A stretch of 64,000 nt of DNA, taken from positions 320,001-384,000 of the forward strand of contig CAVQNG010000025.1 in assembly GCA_963713825.1 (NCBI GenBank), written 5' to 3'. The notes under the pieces are model-generated. The model was not told the origin of the DNA. It did not search any database and was given only the letters and a program-made list of their open reading frames with translations. A program made the translations under genes and the position numbers. The DNA comes from an uncultured Acidobacteriota bacterium. GTDB lineage: Bacteria; Acidobacteriota; Thermoanaerobaculia; Multivoradales; JAHEKO01. This document shows, piece by piece, positions 30,023 through 40,123 of this stretch (the stretch's first letter is position 1; every line of letters begins with the position of its first letter).

Positions 30023-31972
30023 ATGAAAGTTCGAACCCAGCTGGTTGTTGCTTTTCTTCTGCTGTCCGTCGTGCCCCTGTCGGCCCTGGTGCTGTACAGC
30101 TACGCGACTTCACAGCAGGCCTTTCGGCAGGCCGTGGCCTCGGAATCACAGGTTCTGGCCGAGGAGATTGGTGAACGGCTGACCTCCGTCCGTCAGGATC
30201 TCAGTCGACGTCTCGAGAGTTTGTCCATGCTGCCGGTTCGGGAGCTCGTTTCGTCCGAGGAGGATGAGGCCAATCCCAGTCAGGTCTACACCGAGCTGAT
30301 GGCCCAGATGGGTGACATGTCAGAGCTTGTGGAGTCCTTCGAGTTCACTCCCAGAGGGCGGGCCGAGATCCAGTTGGAAGGGACGGTCGTCGTGGACGAC
30401 GAGGCGGACCTCGAGTCCTTCGTCATCTATCCTTCGACGCTTCTGGCCGGGGCCCTCGAGAAGTTGGAGAAGAGGGGATTGAGCTTGGAGGAGTCGGGTA
30501 TCTCGAAGGAATATCTGGAAGGTCTGACGCAGCAAGCCATTCGCTCCCGCGAGGGGCTGGAGGTCGCGGAGCTGGAAGCGCTGCAGGCAAGGGGCCAGGA
30601 GATGGAGGCACTCCTGGGCACCGAGTTCGCGGCGCCGGTTCTCCGAGGCGACGAGATCGTCGGCCAGCTGAAAGCCCTGGTGCCCCCTTCGCAGATCCTC
30701 AGTCAGGTGCTGTCCCGGACATCGAGAGAGCAAGGGGAGATTCCCTATGCCCGAGATGCGGATGGCAACCTGTATCTGGACCAGCGGGAAGACCGAGAGC
30801 TGCTCACCGAGATCGGGGTCGCCGAAGAGAAGACTGGCCTGGCGCTCAGTTCGCCGTCGCTCTCTCCGGACTGGATCGTGGTCGAGACGCCGGACTCTGA
30901 ATCGGGTCTGATTTTCGGTGTGGCGAGGCCGGTCCAGGAGTCGCTCAGAGGTATCCGCCGCACCGCGGTGCAGAACTTCACCTACGGAATGGGACTCGTG
31001 CTGCTGGCCCTGATCGGGGTCGTTGCGTTGTCGAAGCGCATGACGAGCAAGCTGACTCTGCTGACTGAGGGTGCGGAGCGGCTCGCCGATGGAAATCTCG
31101 AAGCGCGGGTGCCGCTTTCTTCTCGCGACGAGTTCGGGCAGCTGGCCCGCACCTTCAATCGCATGGCGCAAGAGCTTCGACAGCACCAGGACCAGATCCT
31201 GGAGCAGGAGGTCCAGCAGCGTCTGCTCGAAGCGGAGAACGAACGCAAGGGGCGCGAGCTGGAGGAGGCCCGGCAGTTTCAGCTTTCGCTCTTGCCCAAG
31301 ACTCTGCCTCGTCACTCGGAGATCGAAGTTGCGGTGTTCATGCGCACCGCCACGGAGGTGGGCGGCGACTACTACGATTTCTTTACTGCCGAAAACGGTG
31401 CCCTGACGACCGTCATCGGTGATGCAGCCGGCCACGGCGTCAGAGCCGGAACCATGGTGACGGTGGTCAAGGGTCTGCTGACCGCCAGCGCTGCCGAAGC
31501 TGATCTGGCGAAATTGTTGGGTGGCGCCGCGGCGGCCATCAAGCAGATGAATCTCGGCCGCATGAACATGGCCGCCACCCTGGTGCGAATTGACCACCGC
31601 AGCATCAGTATCTCCGCCGCTGGAATGCCCCCCGCGCTCGTCCATCGTCGAGCCACGGGCTGTGTGGAGGAAGTCGATCTGACAGGCCTTCCACTCGGCA
31701 GCATGGCCGAGGCCAGCTATGACCAATGGAAGTCCCACTTGGAGCCGGGCGACACGGTGCTGCTGATGACCGATGGCTTCCCCGAGCTGATGAACTCGGA
31801 ACAGGAGCCATTGGGGTACGAGAGGGCCTGTACCCTCTTCCGGGAGGTGGCGGATGGTACTCCGGAAGAGATCACGCGCCACCTCGCCGAGGCGGCCCAG
31901 GAATGGACAAGGGGACAGCCGCCGATCGACGACCTGACCTTCGTAGTGCTCAAGATGAAGGAAAGCGCGTAG
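30023..31972 (+). CDS. Membrane sensor PP2C/SpoIIE (RsbU-like) phosphatase with HAMP domain
   Basis: 2 TM segments, HAMP (DEFGQLARTFNRM), GGDYYD, GDAAGHG, TDG, DDLT. Confidence 0.92.
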   Translation: MKVRTQLVVAFLLLSVVPLSALVLYSYATSQQAFRQAVASESQVLAEEIGERLTSVRQDLSRRLESLSMLPVRELVSSEEDEANPSQVYTELMAQMGDMSELVESFEFTPRGRAEIQLEGTVVVDDEADLESFVIYPSTLLAGALEKLEKRGLSLEESGISKEYLEGLTQQAIRSREGLEVAELEALQARGQEMEALLGTEFAAPVLRGDEIVGQLKALVPPSQILSQVLSRTSREQGEIPYARDADGNLYLDQREDRELLTEIGVAEEKTGLALSSPSLSPDWIVVETPDSESGLIFGVARPVQESLRGIRRTAVQNFTYGMGLVLLALIGVVALSKRMTSKLTLLTEGAERLADGNLEARVPLSSRDEFGQLARTFNRMAQELRQHQDQILEQEVQQRLLEAENERKGRELEEARQFQLSLLPKTLPRHSEIEVAVFMRTATEVGGDYYDFFTAENGALTTVIGDAAGHGVRAGTMVTVVKGLLTASAAEADLAKLLGGAAAAIKQMNLGRMNMAATLVRIDHRSISISAAGMPPALVHRRATGCVEEVDLTGLPLGSMAEASYDQWKSHLEPGDTVLLMTDGFPELMNSEQEPLGYERACTLFREVADGTPEEITRHLAEAAQEWTRGQPPIDDLTFVVLKMKESA

Positions 31973-31996
31973 GAGCCGAGTCGCTCCTACGCGCTT
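31963..31996. terminator. Perfect 14-bp inverted repeat between convergent genes
   Basis: AAGCGCGTAGGAGC-CGAGTC-GCTCCTACGCGCTT. Confidence 0.7.
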
Positions 31997-32021
31997 GACC
32001 AAGGAGGGGCGAGCAGGCAGG

Positions 32022-32912
32022 TTACTGCGGGTTCAGGGTGACGCTGCCGCTGAAGCTCTCGACCCTCACCTGGGCATCGCCCGAGCCGATGGTGAAGTCG
32101 AGTCGCTTGCCCGGTGCATAGCGGCTGGTTCTTTCAGCCTCGCCTCCACCGAAACCGTTGTTGATGCTGCCGCTGAAGGTCTCGACCTGAAATCGCGCCG
32201 AAGTGTCCGCAGGCAGATTGAGCACTACGCTGCCGCTGTGACTCTCCGCACTCAGGCGAGCGCCAGGTGAGAGGGCTCCGGTGAAGCGGACCGAGCCAGA
32301 GACGGCTTCGAAGTCTCCCTGCTCGATGTCGCTGGCTTCCACCCTGATCGAGCCACTCACCGTCGCCGCTTCAACGCGGCCGGCAACGCCGGAAAGCTCG
32401 ATCTTGCCGCTGACCGATTCGGCGATGGCCAGGGTCTCTGAGCCGGAGAGCTCGATGCCGCCGCTCACGGTTTCCACGTCGGCACTGCTTGGTGCGCCCT
32501 CGACACTGACCTCGCCACTGACGGACTCCAATTCCAACCGACCATTGACCCCGGAGACGCGAATGCTGGCACTGACGGTCTCGACGGCCAAGGAACTTCC
32601 GGCTGGCAACCAGATCTCGAGGTCCGAGTCGAGGTCGCGATGGCGCCTGCCGTAGCTGTCAGGGATCTCCACTTCGATATCGAAATTGTCGTTGCTGCCG
32701 GAGAAGTCCAGTCCGTCGGTATCGTCGCCAAGGACACCGGTCACCTTGATCTCTTCTCGGTCCCAGCCGTGGATCTTCACCGAGCCGGCGAGATTGTCGA
32801 CCTCCACCGTGGGAGTGGCAGAGGCGGACTTGGTCACGTCCACACTTTCGCCGGCCCAGGCAGCGCTGCTTGCCAGCGCGATGGCCATCAGGAACAGTAG
32901 TTTGCTTTTCAT
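32022..32912 (-). CDS. DUF4097 family beta-strand repeat (adhesin-like) secreted protein
   Basis: Signal peptide; GWDR; repeated E[TS]VSG.[IV] motifs. Confidence 0.88.
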   Translation of the reverse strand: MKSKLLFLMAIALASSAAWAGESVDVTKSASATPTVEVDNLAGSVKIHGWDREEIKVTGVLGDDTDGLDFSGSNDNFDIEVEIPDSYGRRHRDLDSDLEIWLPAGSSLAVETVSASIRVSGVNGRLELESVSGEVSVEGAPSSADVETVSGGIELSGSETLAIAESVSGKIELSGVAGRVEAATVSGSIRVEASDIEQGDFEAVSGSVRFTGALSPGARLSAESHSGSVVLNLPADTSARFQVETFSGSINNGFGGGEAERTSRYAPGKRLDFTIGSGDAQVRVESFSGSVTLNPQ

Positions 32913-32940
32913 GGTCGAATCCTCCTTGGTTCCTCGGGAA

Positions 32941-33591
32941 TCAAACACGGCTCACACGCTGCAGGAGCCGCACTTCATGCTGATACTTCGCTGCCAGGAG
33001 CAGGCGCAGGCGACGGTCATCGGGGTTCTCTTCCAGAGCCTGCTGGATATCCGCCACGGCCTGGTCCAGGACGAGCAAACTCTCTTCGACGGACTGAGAG
33101 GCTTCGGGACCGAGTAGATCCCGCCGGATCTCGATCGCTTCAACGAGATCGCGACGCACGAGGAGCACTCGGTCTTCGGAGCGAGCCAGGTCGACCCTGG
33201 CGAGTGCCGCGGCGTCGACCGTCATCGAGTTGGTGGCGTCGGCTTCGACCCGCACGCCGGGTTTGGCAGGTTGCTGCCTGAGCAGATATGGGAGCAGCAG
33301 AACGGCCAGAGCCAGAACTGCCGCCAGGGCCATCCAGGACCGATTCGTATGGCTCCAGCTTCTGGCTCGAGACTCATCGATCTGCTCGAGGATTCCAGGC
33401 CACAGATTCCGGTCGGGAGAAACCCCGGGGCCGAGCTGCCGGGCCTGCTCCAGGAGGGCCTGCAGCTCCTTCAGGCTGGCTCGACAGTCAGCGCAGGTCG
33501 CGGCATGGCTGTCCACGGCTTTTCGGTCGGCTGCTTCGAGGTAGCCGCCCAAATAGTCGTCCATCTGCTCCCGAACCTGTTCGCAGTTCAT
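32941..33591 (-). CDS. Zinc-finger (ZAS/zf-HC2) transmembrane anti-sigma factor
   Basis: MNCE..HAATCADC (HxxxCxxC), one TM segment; ATGA overlap with the sigma factor. Confidence 0.9.
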   Translation of the reverse strand: MNCEQVREQMDDYLGGYLEAADRKAVDSHAATCADCRASLKELQALLEQARQLGPGVSPDRNLWPGILEQIDESRARSWSHTNRSWMALAAVLALAVLLLPYLLRQQPAKPGVRVEADATNSMTVDAAALARVDLARSEDRVLLVRRDLVEAIEIRRDLLGPEASQSVEESLLVLDQAVADIQQALEENPDDRRLRLLLAAKYQHEVRLLQRVSRV

Positions 33592-34184
33592 CGTTGCAAG
33601 ACCTCACGAAGTTGCTTGCGAGCACGGTGGAGATGGGCCTTGGAAGTGCCCACCGCCAGGCCGCACAGGGTGGCGATCTCATGGTGCTTGTAGCCCTCGA
33701 TATCGTGCAGGATGAAGACCATCCTGGCTTGAGGGGGCAGCAGGGAGATGGCCCGTTCCAGGTCGACAGTCGTCTCTGGCTTTGCCCCTGCTCCGCCGTC
33801 ACCCCGTTCGGGAAGCGAGTCGATCGCCGTTAGACGACTTTCCCACCGCCCTGCCGATCGCAGGTTGCCCAGCACCAGATTCACGGTCAGTCGATGCAAC
33901 CAGGTCGAGAAGCTGCTCTGGCGCCGGAAGGAGCCCAGTTTCTGCCAGGCTCTGACAAAGGCCTCCTGGGTCAGATCCTCCGCCTTGGCAGGGTTCGAGC
34001 ACATTCTGAGGCAGAGCCCATAGATCTTGGAAACATGCAGCCGATAGAGCTCCTCGAAGGCTGCCGTATCACCTCGTTGGGCGTCGCGGACGAGATCGGC
34101 TTCAGACATGGGATTGTGTTCGACAGCTCCCAGAAAGTCCGAAAAGTCGACAAGAAGGCCCGCCGATGTGAGCAGCTCTCTCAT
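33588..34184 (-). CDS. ECF RNA polymerase sigma factor
   Basis: AFEELY, AEDLTQEAF, FSTWLHR, EGYKHHEIA, GTSKAHLHRAR. Confidence 0.95.
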   Translation of the reverse strand: MRELLTSAGLLVDFSDFLGAVEHNPMSEADLVRDAQRGDTAAFEELYRLHVSKIYGLCLRMCSNPAKAEDLTQEAFVRAWQKLGSFRRQSSFSTWLHRLTVNLVLGNLRSAGRWESRLTAIDSLPERGDGGAGAKPETTVDLERAISLLPPQARMVFILHDIEGYKHHEIATLCGLAVGTSKAHLHRARKQLREVLQR

Positions 34185-34190
34185 ACTCCC

Positions 34191-34219
34191 TTAGATGCAT
34201 GACCTTGCTCGCTGGTTTA
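34191..34219 (-). promoter_or_regulatory. Putative autoregulatory ECF promoter
   Basis: TAAACC-N15-GCATCTAA ending 6 nt before ATG 34184; resembles the AAAC...CGTC ECF consensus. Confidence 0.6.
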
Positions 34220-34406
34220 GTGCGATATGAGTTATTTTGTCGGACCTGCGGGATAGGTCCCCCGGTTCTTGCGAAAAAGAAGCAATCCGGGTGAGACTCG
34301 GCAATCGGATCTTATCCCGACAGCTACCAGGCACCGTCGAGGCCGGCGGTCCCTGTCCATCGAGGGTTACAGGCCAGTGCCGACCGTAAGTTCTTCCAGG
34401 AGAGGC

Positions 34407-36758
34407 GTGGTCTCTCCGAGCAACGACCCCCTGCTTGGCCTACTGCTCAGATCGAGAGGTTTGTTCGCCGTATTGATGTTGGCAGGTGTCCCTATGCATC
34501 CAGGTGTGGGAGAGGGCTCTGAGAGCCGGCAGGCGAATCGACTGGCTACCGAGAGCAGTCCCTACCTGCAGCTCCATGCCCACAATCCGGTGAATTGGTA
34601 TCCCTGGGGAGAGGAGGCCTTCGCCAAGGCCCGCCGAGAGAACAAACCGATCTTCCTGTCGGTGGGGTACTCGACCTGCTACTGGTGTCACGTCATGGAG
34701 CGGGAGGTCTTCTCCGATCCGACCATCGCTCAACAGATGAACGAGTGGTTCGTCAGCATCAAGGTGGATAAGGAAGAACGCCCAGACATCGACGAGATCT
34801 ACATGGCTGCGACGCAGCTGCTGACGGGCCGAGGGGGTTGGCCCAACTCGGTCTTTCTGACGCCCGATCTGAGGCCGTTCTTTGCTGGCACCTACTTCCC
34901 CCCGGTCGATCGTGGAGGATTGCCCGGATTTCCGAAGGTGCTGGAGGGGCTCCATGCTGCCTGGCAGCAGCGGCCCGAGGCAATCGAGGCAAGAGCGACC
35001 GAGCTTTCCGAAGCTCTCCGTGGGGTGCTGAGGACAGGAGAGCCTTCTCCAGCCCTGGACCTGAGAGAGGTGGCGGCCAGGGCGGCGGAGCAGCTTGCGA
35101 TTCAGTACGACGCCGTATGGGGAGGATTCGGCCAGGCACCGAAGTTTCCGATGCCAACCAGCCTGTCTCTGCTCTGGAGTCAAGCCGAGCTTGGCGACCA
35201 ACGGTCCCGCGAGATGGTTGTGCAGAGTCTCGAGAAGATGGGTCAGGGCGCCATCTATGACCACTTGTCTGGTGGCTTTCACCGTTACACCCTCGATCGA
35301 GAGTGGCGCGTTCCCCACTTCGAGAAGATGCTCTACGACAATGCTCAGCTGGCGGAGTTGACGGCAGAGGTGGCGTCGGCCACCGGTCGGCCCGCTCTGG
35401 AACGCTTGGCGCGCGGCACCTTCGATTTCGTTCTCGAGCAAATGCGTCTCGACAACGGTGCCTTCAAGTCGGCCATCGATGCCGAGACCCGAGGGGTCGA
35501 GGGGGCTTACTACGTGTGGACACGAGACGAGGTGCAGGAAGCTCTGGGCGAGGAGGGCTTCCAGGATCTGGCCTCTGTCTTCGGTTTCGAGGCAGAACCG
35601 AACTTCGAGCCAGAGCACTACACACTGTTCTATTCGTCTCCACTTACTGAGCAGAGCCGCAGGCGCGGCATTTCCGAGCAGGAGCTTTGGAGGATTCTCG
35701 AGACTGGATTCTCGAAGCTCGAGAGAGTGCGAGCGAAACGCGAGTTCCCTTTGGTGGACGACAAAGTCCTGACCGATTGGAATGGGTTGATGATCGCCGC
35801 ACTCGCCCGAGGGGGAGTGGCCCTCGATGAGCCTCGCTACATCGAAGCAGCGGCCGACGCGGCGGACTTTCTTCTGCAGCTGAAGGATGATTCGGGTGTT
35901 CTGCTCCACGTCTGGAGGGCGGGTGAAGCCAGGATTCTAGCTTTCCTGGATGACTATGCCTTCTTGATCCGCGGACTCCTGGCGCTGCAGGAAGCAACCG
36001 GAAATAAGCGGTGGTTGAACGCGGCGGTGGAGCTGGCGAATCAGATGGAGGCTCGGCTCGGCGATCCCCTAGGGGGGTACTTCAACTCAGAATCCGATAC
36101 CGCAATTTTGGTGAGAAGCAAGACGGCCCTGGATGGCGCGGTTCCTTCCGGCAACGGAGTCGCAGCTATCGATCTGCTCCGACTGGCCGAACGCACCGGC
36201 AAGGTCGAGTACCGGCAGCGAGCGGCAGCGACTGTGCGTGCCTTCAGCCGGGCCCTGGATACTCAGCCGACGGCGGCCCCATCGCTGGCGCTCGCCGCTC
36301 GGGAGCTGTCCAGGACTGAAGTGGCAACTCAGGAGGCCAAACGTGGGGGCACGACGGGCTCGGGTCGTTCAGGGGTCGGTGAATTGGCCATGGAAGTGGT
36401 GTCGTTGCGAGCGGGTCTGGAAGACTCCGCTCATCGCGGTGGGTGGGCCGAATTCTGGCTGACCCTGTCGATCCGAGATGGCTGGCACCTCAACGCCAGT
36501 CCCGCCAGTTGCGGATTCCTGAAGCCGACACAGGTCGAAGGAGCGGTGAGGGCGGTACGCTATCCGGCGGGTCGAATGCTGGACCTTTCCTTCGCAGAGA
36601 GTCCTGTTAGCGTGTACTCCGGGACCCTGACGCTCGAAGGCGAGATAGCGGATGGCGAGACGGCAGTCCTTGTCACCTACCAGGCATGCGACGATCGGCG
36701 TTGCTTGCCCGCGATTACCAGGCAGGTGGCTGTCTCAGCCCCAGGAGCACTGAAGTAG
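34407..36758 (+). CDS. Thioredoxin domain-containing YyaL/SPATA20 (DUF255) protein with C-terminal DsbD-N-like domain
   Basis: [36 protein letters not shown]; C-terminal GWHLN...[11 protein letters not shown]. Confidence 0.9.
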   Translation: MVSPSNDPLLGLLLRSRGLFAVLMLAGVPMHPGVGEGSESRQANRLATESSPYLQLHAHNPVNWYPWGEEAFAKARRENKPIFLSVGYSTCYWCHVMEREVFSDPTIAQQMNEWFVSIKVDKEERPDIDEIYMAATQLLTGRGGWPNSVFLTPDLRPFFAGTYFPPVDRGGLPGFPKVLEGLHAAWQQRPEAIEARATELSEALRGVLRTGEPSPALDLREVAARAAEQLAIQYDAVWGGFGQAPKFPMPTSLSLLWSQAELGDQRSREMVVQSLEKMGQGAIYDHLSGGFHRYTLDREWRVPHFEKMLYDNAQLAELTAEVASATGRPALERLARGTFDFVLEQMRLDNGAFKSAIDAETRGVEGAYYVWTRDEVQEALGEEGFQDLASVFGFEAEPNFEPEHYTLFYSSPLTEQSRRRGISEQELWRILETGFSKLERVRAKREFPLVDDKVLTDWNGLMIAALARGGVALDEPRYIEAAADAADFLLQLKDDSGVLLHVWRAGEARILAFLDDYAFLIRGLLALQEATGNKRWLNAAVELANQMEARLGDPLGGYFNSESDTAILVRSKTALDGAVPSGNGVAAIDLLRLAERTGKVEYRQRAAATVRAFSRALDTQPTAAPSLALAARELSRTEVATQEAKRGGTTGSGRSGVGELAMEVVSLRAGLEDSAHRGGWAEFWLTLSIRDGWHLNASPASCGFLKPTQVEGAVRAVRYPAGRMLDLSFAESPVSVYSGTLTLEGEIADGETAVLVTYQACDDRRCLPAITRQVAVSAPGALK

Positions 36759-36963
36759 CTCCTGAAGGGCATTCTCGAGGAATCTGTCGATTTCGTCTCG
36801 GTTCAGGCACAGGAAGGCTGCGTCGTCGGTGTTGCACTGACATGGGGTGGGCGTGCTCGGCCAGATGTCTGGAGGCTGGCTTTACGAGCTGGTAGCCATC
36901 GGACAGGTTGACTCGACACCCTTGCCCGAAGAGGATAGTGCCTCGCTGAGGCAGGCCCGGAAA

Positions 36964-39900
36964 ATGAGAGTCAATCCCATCGTACGTTTCGCAGTCGAGC
37001 GCAGGGTTACCATGGGGATGATCATCCTCGGTGTGCTCGTTCTGGGATGGCTGTCTTTGCTGCGCCTGCCTCTCGAGTTTCTGCCCAGTTTCTCGTCGTC
37101 CAACATCACCGTCATGGCTCCTTATCGCTCCTCGTCGCCGGAGGAGGTGGAACGGTTGGTGGTCCGCCCCCTCGAGGATGCGCTCGGCACCATCAATGGA
37201 ATCGACACGATGTCGGCCAACGCCGAGGCGGATAGCGCCCGCATCACGCTGTCTTTCGTCGATGGCACCGACATGGACATGGCGGCGGTGGACGTACGGG
37301 ATCGAGTTGATCGGGCCCGCCATCTGCTTCCCGATGACCTGGAAAGAGTCAATATCTGGCGGTTCCAGACCAGCGACATCCCGGTCTTGCGATTCGACAT
37401 CAGCGCCGATTGGCCGGTGGAGCGGTTCTACGATTTCACCGAAAATGTGCTTCAAAGGCGTCTCGAGCGCCTCGAAGGAGTAGCTCAGGTCTCGGTCAGT
37501 GGGATACGGACACCCGAGCTGCAGGTCCTCCTCGATCCGAATCGACTCCAAGCGCACAGAGTGGATGTGCGGGATTTGGTGTCCCTGTTGCGGAACAGCA
37601 ACCTCAACGTCTCGGCGGGTGACGTCAAAGAGGGGAGCCGGAAGCTGCTGGTCCGCAGCGTAGGAGAGTTCGAAACTCCGGCAGAGATTCGAGGCCTACC
37701 TTTGAACGGCGAAGGCCTGCGTCTGGGGGATGTGGCCGAGGTGGTCTATGGACTCCCCCAGCAGGAGCAGTTCAATTACCTCAATGGTCAGGAGGCGGTC
37801 ACGGTCTTCATCAACAAGACCTCCAGCGCCAACGTTCTGGCGGTGGTCGATCGTGCCAAGGAGGAGCTCGAAGCTATCAGCCGGCTGCCAGAAGCGGCCG
37901 GCCTCGAGTACCACATCTTCAACGACGCTTCCGTCGATGTCCGCAAGGGACTGGGCCAGCTGGGCAATGCGGGGCTCATCGGTGGCCTTCTGGCCATCGG
38001 TTCCATGTACCTCTTTCTCCGCCGCTTTCGCACCACCGCCTTGGTAGCCCTGGCCATTCCGATCTCGGTGATTGCGACGTTCGTCCTCATGTATTTGATG
38101 CGACAGGCAGGTCTTTCGGACATCACGCTCAACGTCGTGAGCCTGGCTGGGCTGATGTTGGCTCTGGGAATGTTGGTCGACAATTCGGTCGTCGTGATCG
38201 AGTCGATCTTTCGCCACCGCAATGAGCTCGGTGAAGACTCGCGGACGGCTGCGCTTCACGGCGCGTCCGAAGTGGCCTTGCCGATTCTGGCCTCGACCGT
38301 CACCACGATCTGCGTGTTTTTGCCCCTGATCTTCCTCAACACCGGCGGGCGGTTCAAGCTCTACATGGAGAACATCGGAATCACCGTCTGCATCGTGATG
38401 GTCGCCTCTCTGTTGGTAGCGCTGACCGTGGTGCCGATGGCAGCAGTACCGCTGCTCCGGGGACAGGAGTCGAGACCCTCACGGTTCATCGACCGCCTGA
38501 CGGGCTCCTATGGTTGGGTTCTCCACTTCACTCTTCGCCACCGGTTCCTGTTCGTCCTCTCGATCGTGGCGATGTTCGCCGGTGTTGTCCACCTCTTTAC
38601 GACCATCGAGCGCGCCTTCTCGAGTCGCTCTCTGGAGAGACAAGTCATTCTCAAGGTGGATACTCCGAGGCAATACTCTCCGGAGCAGACAGCGGCCCTG
38701 TACGAGACTCTCTATACGCTTCTGGATTCGCGACGGGAAGAGCTCGATATCGCCGATATCAGCTACGCCTTCGATCGTGGAACTGGACGCTCCAGAGCGG
38801 GGTGGCGGCGCAGTCGGCAGTTCGATATCTATCTTCTGGATGAAGACGACAGCGATCTGACTACCGGTGAGGTCCGGGAGCGGCTGCGAGAGTTGTTGCC
38901 AGTCAAGGCTGGCGTCGATTTGCGGATCGCCGCCGGCCAGGGACGCCACGGATCGTCGGGCATCCAGATCGAGCTCATGGGCGACGACCCGGTCGTCCTC
39001 GAGTTGCTGAGCCAGCAAGTGGCGGATCGCCTCGCCGCGCTGCCCATGATTCGGGACGTCGACACTTCTCTCGAAAGTGGTGACGAAGAGATCCAGGTAA
39101 GGGTATCCGGTGATCGTGCCATGCAGGTTGGGTTGTCGAGCCGCGCTGTCGCGGCTACGGTCAACAACGCCCTGTCGAGCCGGGCCGTCAGCCACTTCAA
39201 GACGGGCGAGCGCGAGGTCGAGATGGTCATGCAGTATCGAGAGGAAGATCGTGAGACCCTGGATCAGCTCAAGAACGTCCCGGTTTTCGCTGCTTCAGCG
39301 CCGCTGCCTCTAGGCGCGGTGGCAGAGTTCGAGTTCGTTGCCGGGCCGCGGAGCATCGAACGCGAGAACCACCTGGCGCAGGTTTCTGTGTCGGCCAACA
39401 CCACCGATCCGACGGCCTCCTTTGCCGCCATGGGCATGATCAGCAGAATGATGAACGAGATCGCCCTGCCACCGGGATACGAGTGGAGCTTCGGGCGCTG
39501 GAACCGGCACATGCAGGAGGATCAGAACAGTGGTCTCTTCGCGCTGCTCTTCGCACTGCCGTTGGTCTACATGCTGATGGCTGCTCTGTTCGAGAGCTTC
39601 ACCCAGCCTCTGACGATCATGTTCTCGGTGCCCTTCGCCCTGCTGGGTGTCGGCTTGGTGATGAAATTCGCCAATCAGCCCTGGGATACCATGACCATGT
39701 TGGGTCTGATCGTATTGTTGGGGGTAGTCGTCAACAATGCCATCGTCCTTATCGACCACATCAATTTCCTGCGGCAGGGTGGTCTGAGCCGTACCGAGGC
39801 GATCGTCAAGGGCGGCCAGCACCGGTTGCGTCCGATTCTGATCACCGCCGTGACGACCATTCTGGGTCTGATGCCGATGGTCGCACCGTTCCTCTTTCCT

Positions 39901-40071
39901 CAGTGGTTCGGACCGGTGGAGGGCAGGGCGGCTACCTGGGCACCGATCGGGCTGATCATCGTCGGCGGGCTGACGACATCGACTTTTCTGACCCTGATCA
40001 TCATTCCCACCATCTACTCCCTCGTCGACGACTTCACGCTATTCCTGCGGCGGGTGGTCAAGGCGGTATGA
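36964..40071 (+). CDS. RND efflux permease (AcrB/SwrC-like) 1
   Basis: EVERLV, GMLVDNSVVVIES, NNAIV, RLRPILIT. Confidence 0.95.
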   Translation: MRVNPIVRFAVERRVTMGMIILGVLVLGWLSLLRLPLEFLPSFSSSNITVMAPYRSSSPEEVERLVVRPLEDALGTINGIDTMSANAEADSARITLSFVDGTDMDMAAVDVRDRVDRARHLLPDDLERVNIWRFQTSDIPVLRFDISADWPVERFYDFTENVLQRRLERLEGVAQVSVSGIRTPELQVLLDPNRLQAHRVDVRDLVSLLRNSNLNVSAGDVKEGSRKLLVRSVGEFETPAEIRGLPLNGEGLRLGDVAEVVYGLPQQEQFNYLNGQEAVTVFINKTSSANVLAVVDRAKEELEAISRLPEAAGLEYHIFNDASVDVRKGLGQLGNAGLIGGLLAIGSMYLFLRRFRTTALVALAIPISVIATFVLMYLMRQAGLSDITLNVVSLAGLMLALGMLVDNSVVVIESIFRHRNELGEDSRTAALHGASEVALPILASTVTTICVFLPLIFLNTGGRFKLYMENIGITVCIVMVASLLVALTVVPMAAVPLLRGQESRPSRFIDRLTGSYGWVLHFTLRHRFLFVLSIVAMFAGVVHLFTTIERAFSSRSLERQVILKVDTPRQYSPEQTAALYETLYTLLDSRREELDIADISYAFDRGTGRSRAGWRRSRQFDIYLLDEDDSDLTTGEVRERLRELLPVKAGVDLRIAAGQGRHGSSGIQIELMGDDPVVLELLSQQVADRLAALPMIRDVDTSLESGDEEIQVRVSGDRAMQVGLSSRAVAATVNNALSSRAVSHFKTGEREVEMVMQYREEDRETLDQLKNVPVFAASAPLPLGAVAEFEFVAGPRSIERENHLAQVSVSANTTDPTASFAAMGMISRMMNEIALPPGYEWSFGRWNRHMQEDQNSGLFALLFALPLVYMLMAALFESFTQPLTIMFSVPFALLGVGLVMKFANQPWDTMTMLGLIVLLGVVVNNAIVLIDHINFLRQGGLSRTEAIVKGGQHRLRPILITAVTTILGLMPMVAPFLFPQWFGPVEGRAATWAPIGLIIVGGLTTSTFLTLIIIPTIYSLVDDFTLFLRRVVKAV

Positions 40072-40123
40072 TCCCGGACTTCGTGTTGATGAGCTTCCGG
40101 GAAAGGCACCGCTGGAGATAGGC

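Noticed and set aside
30320-32002. 560-aa antisense ORF (similar ones at 4310-5674, 34440-35909 and 57316-58488)
   Set aside because: Shadow ORFs opposite well-supported genes; expected in high-GC DNA; no recognisable motifs.
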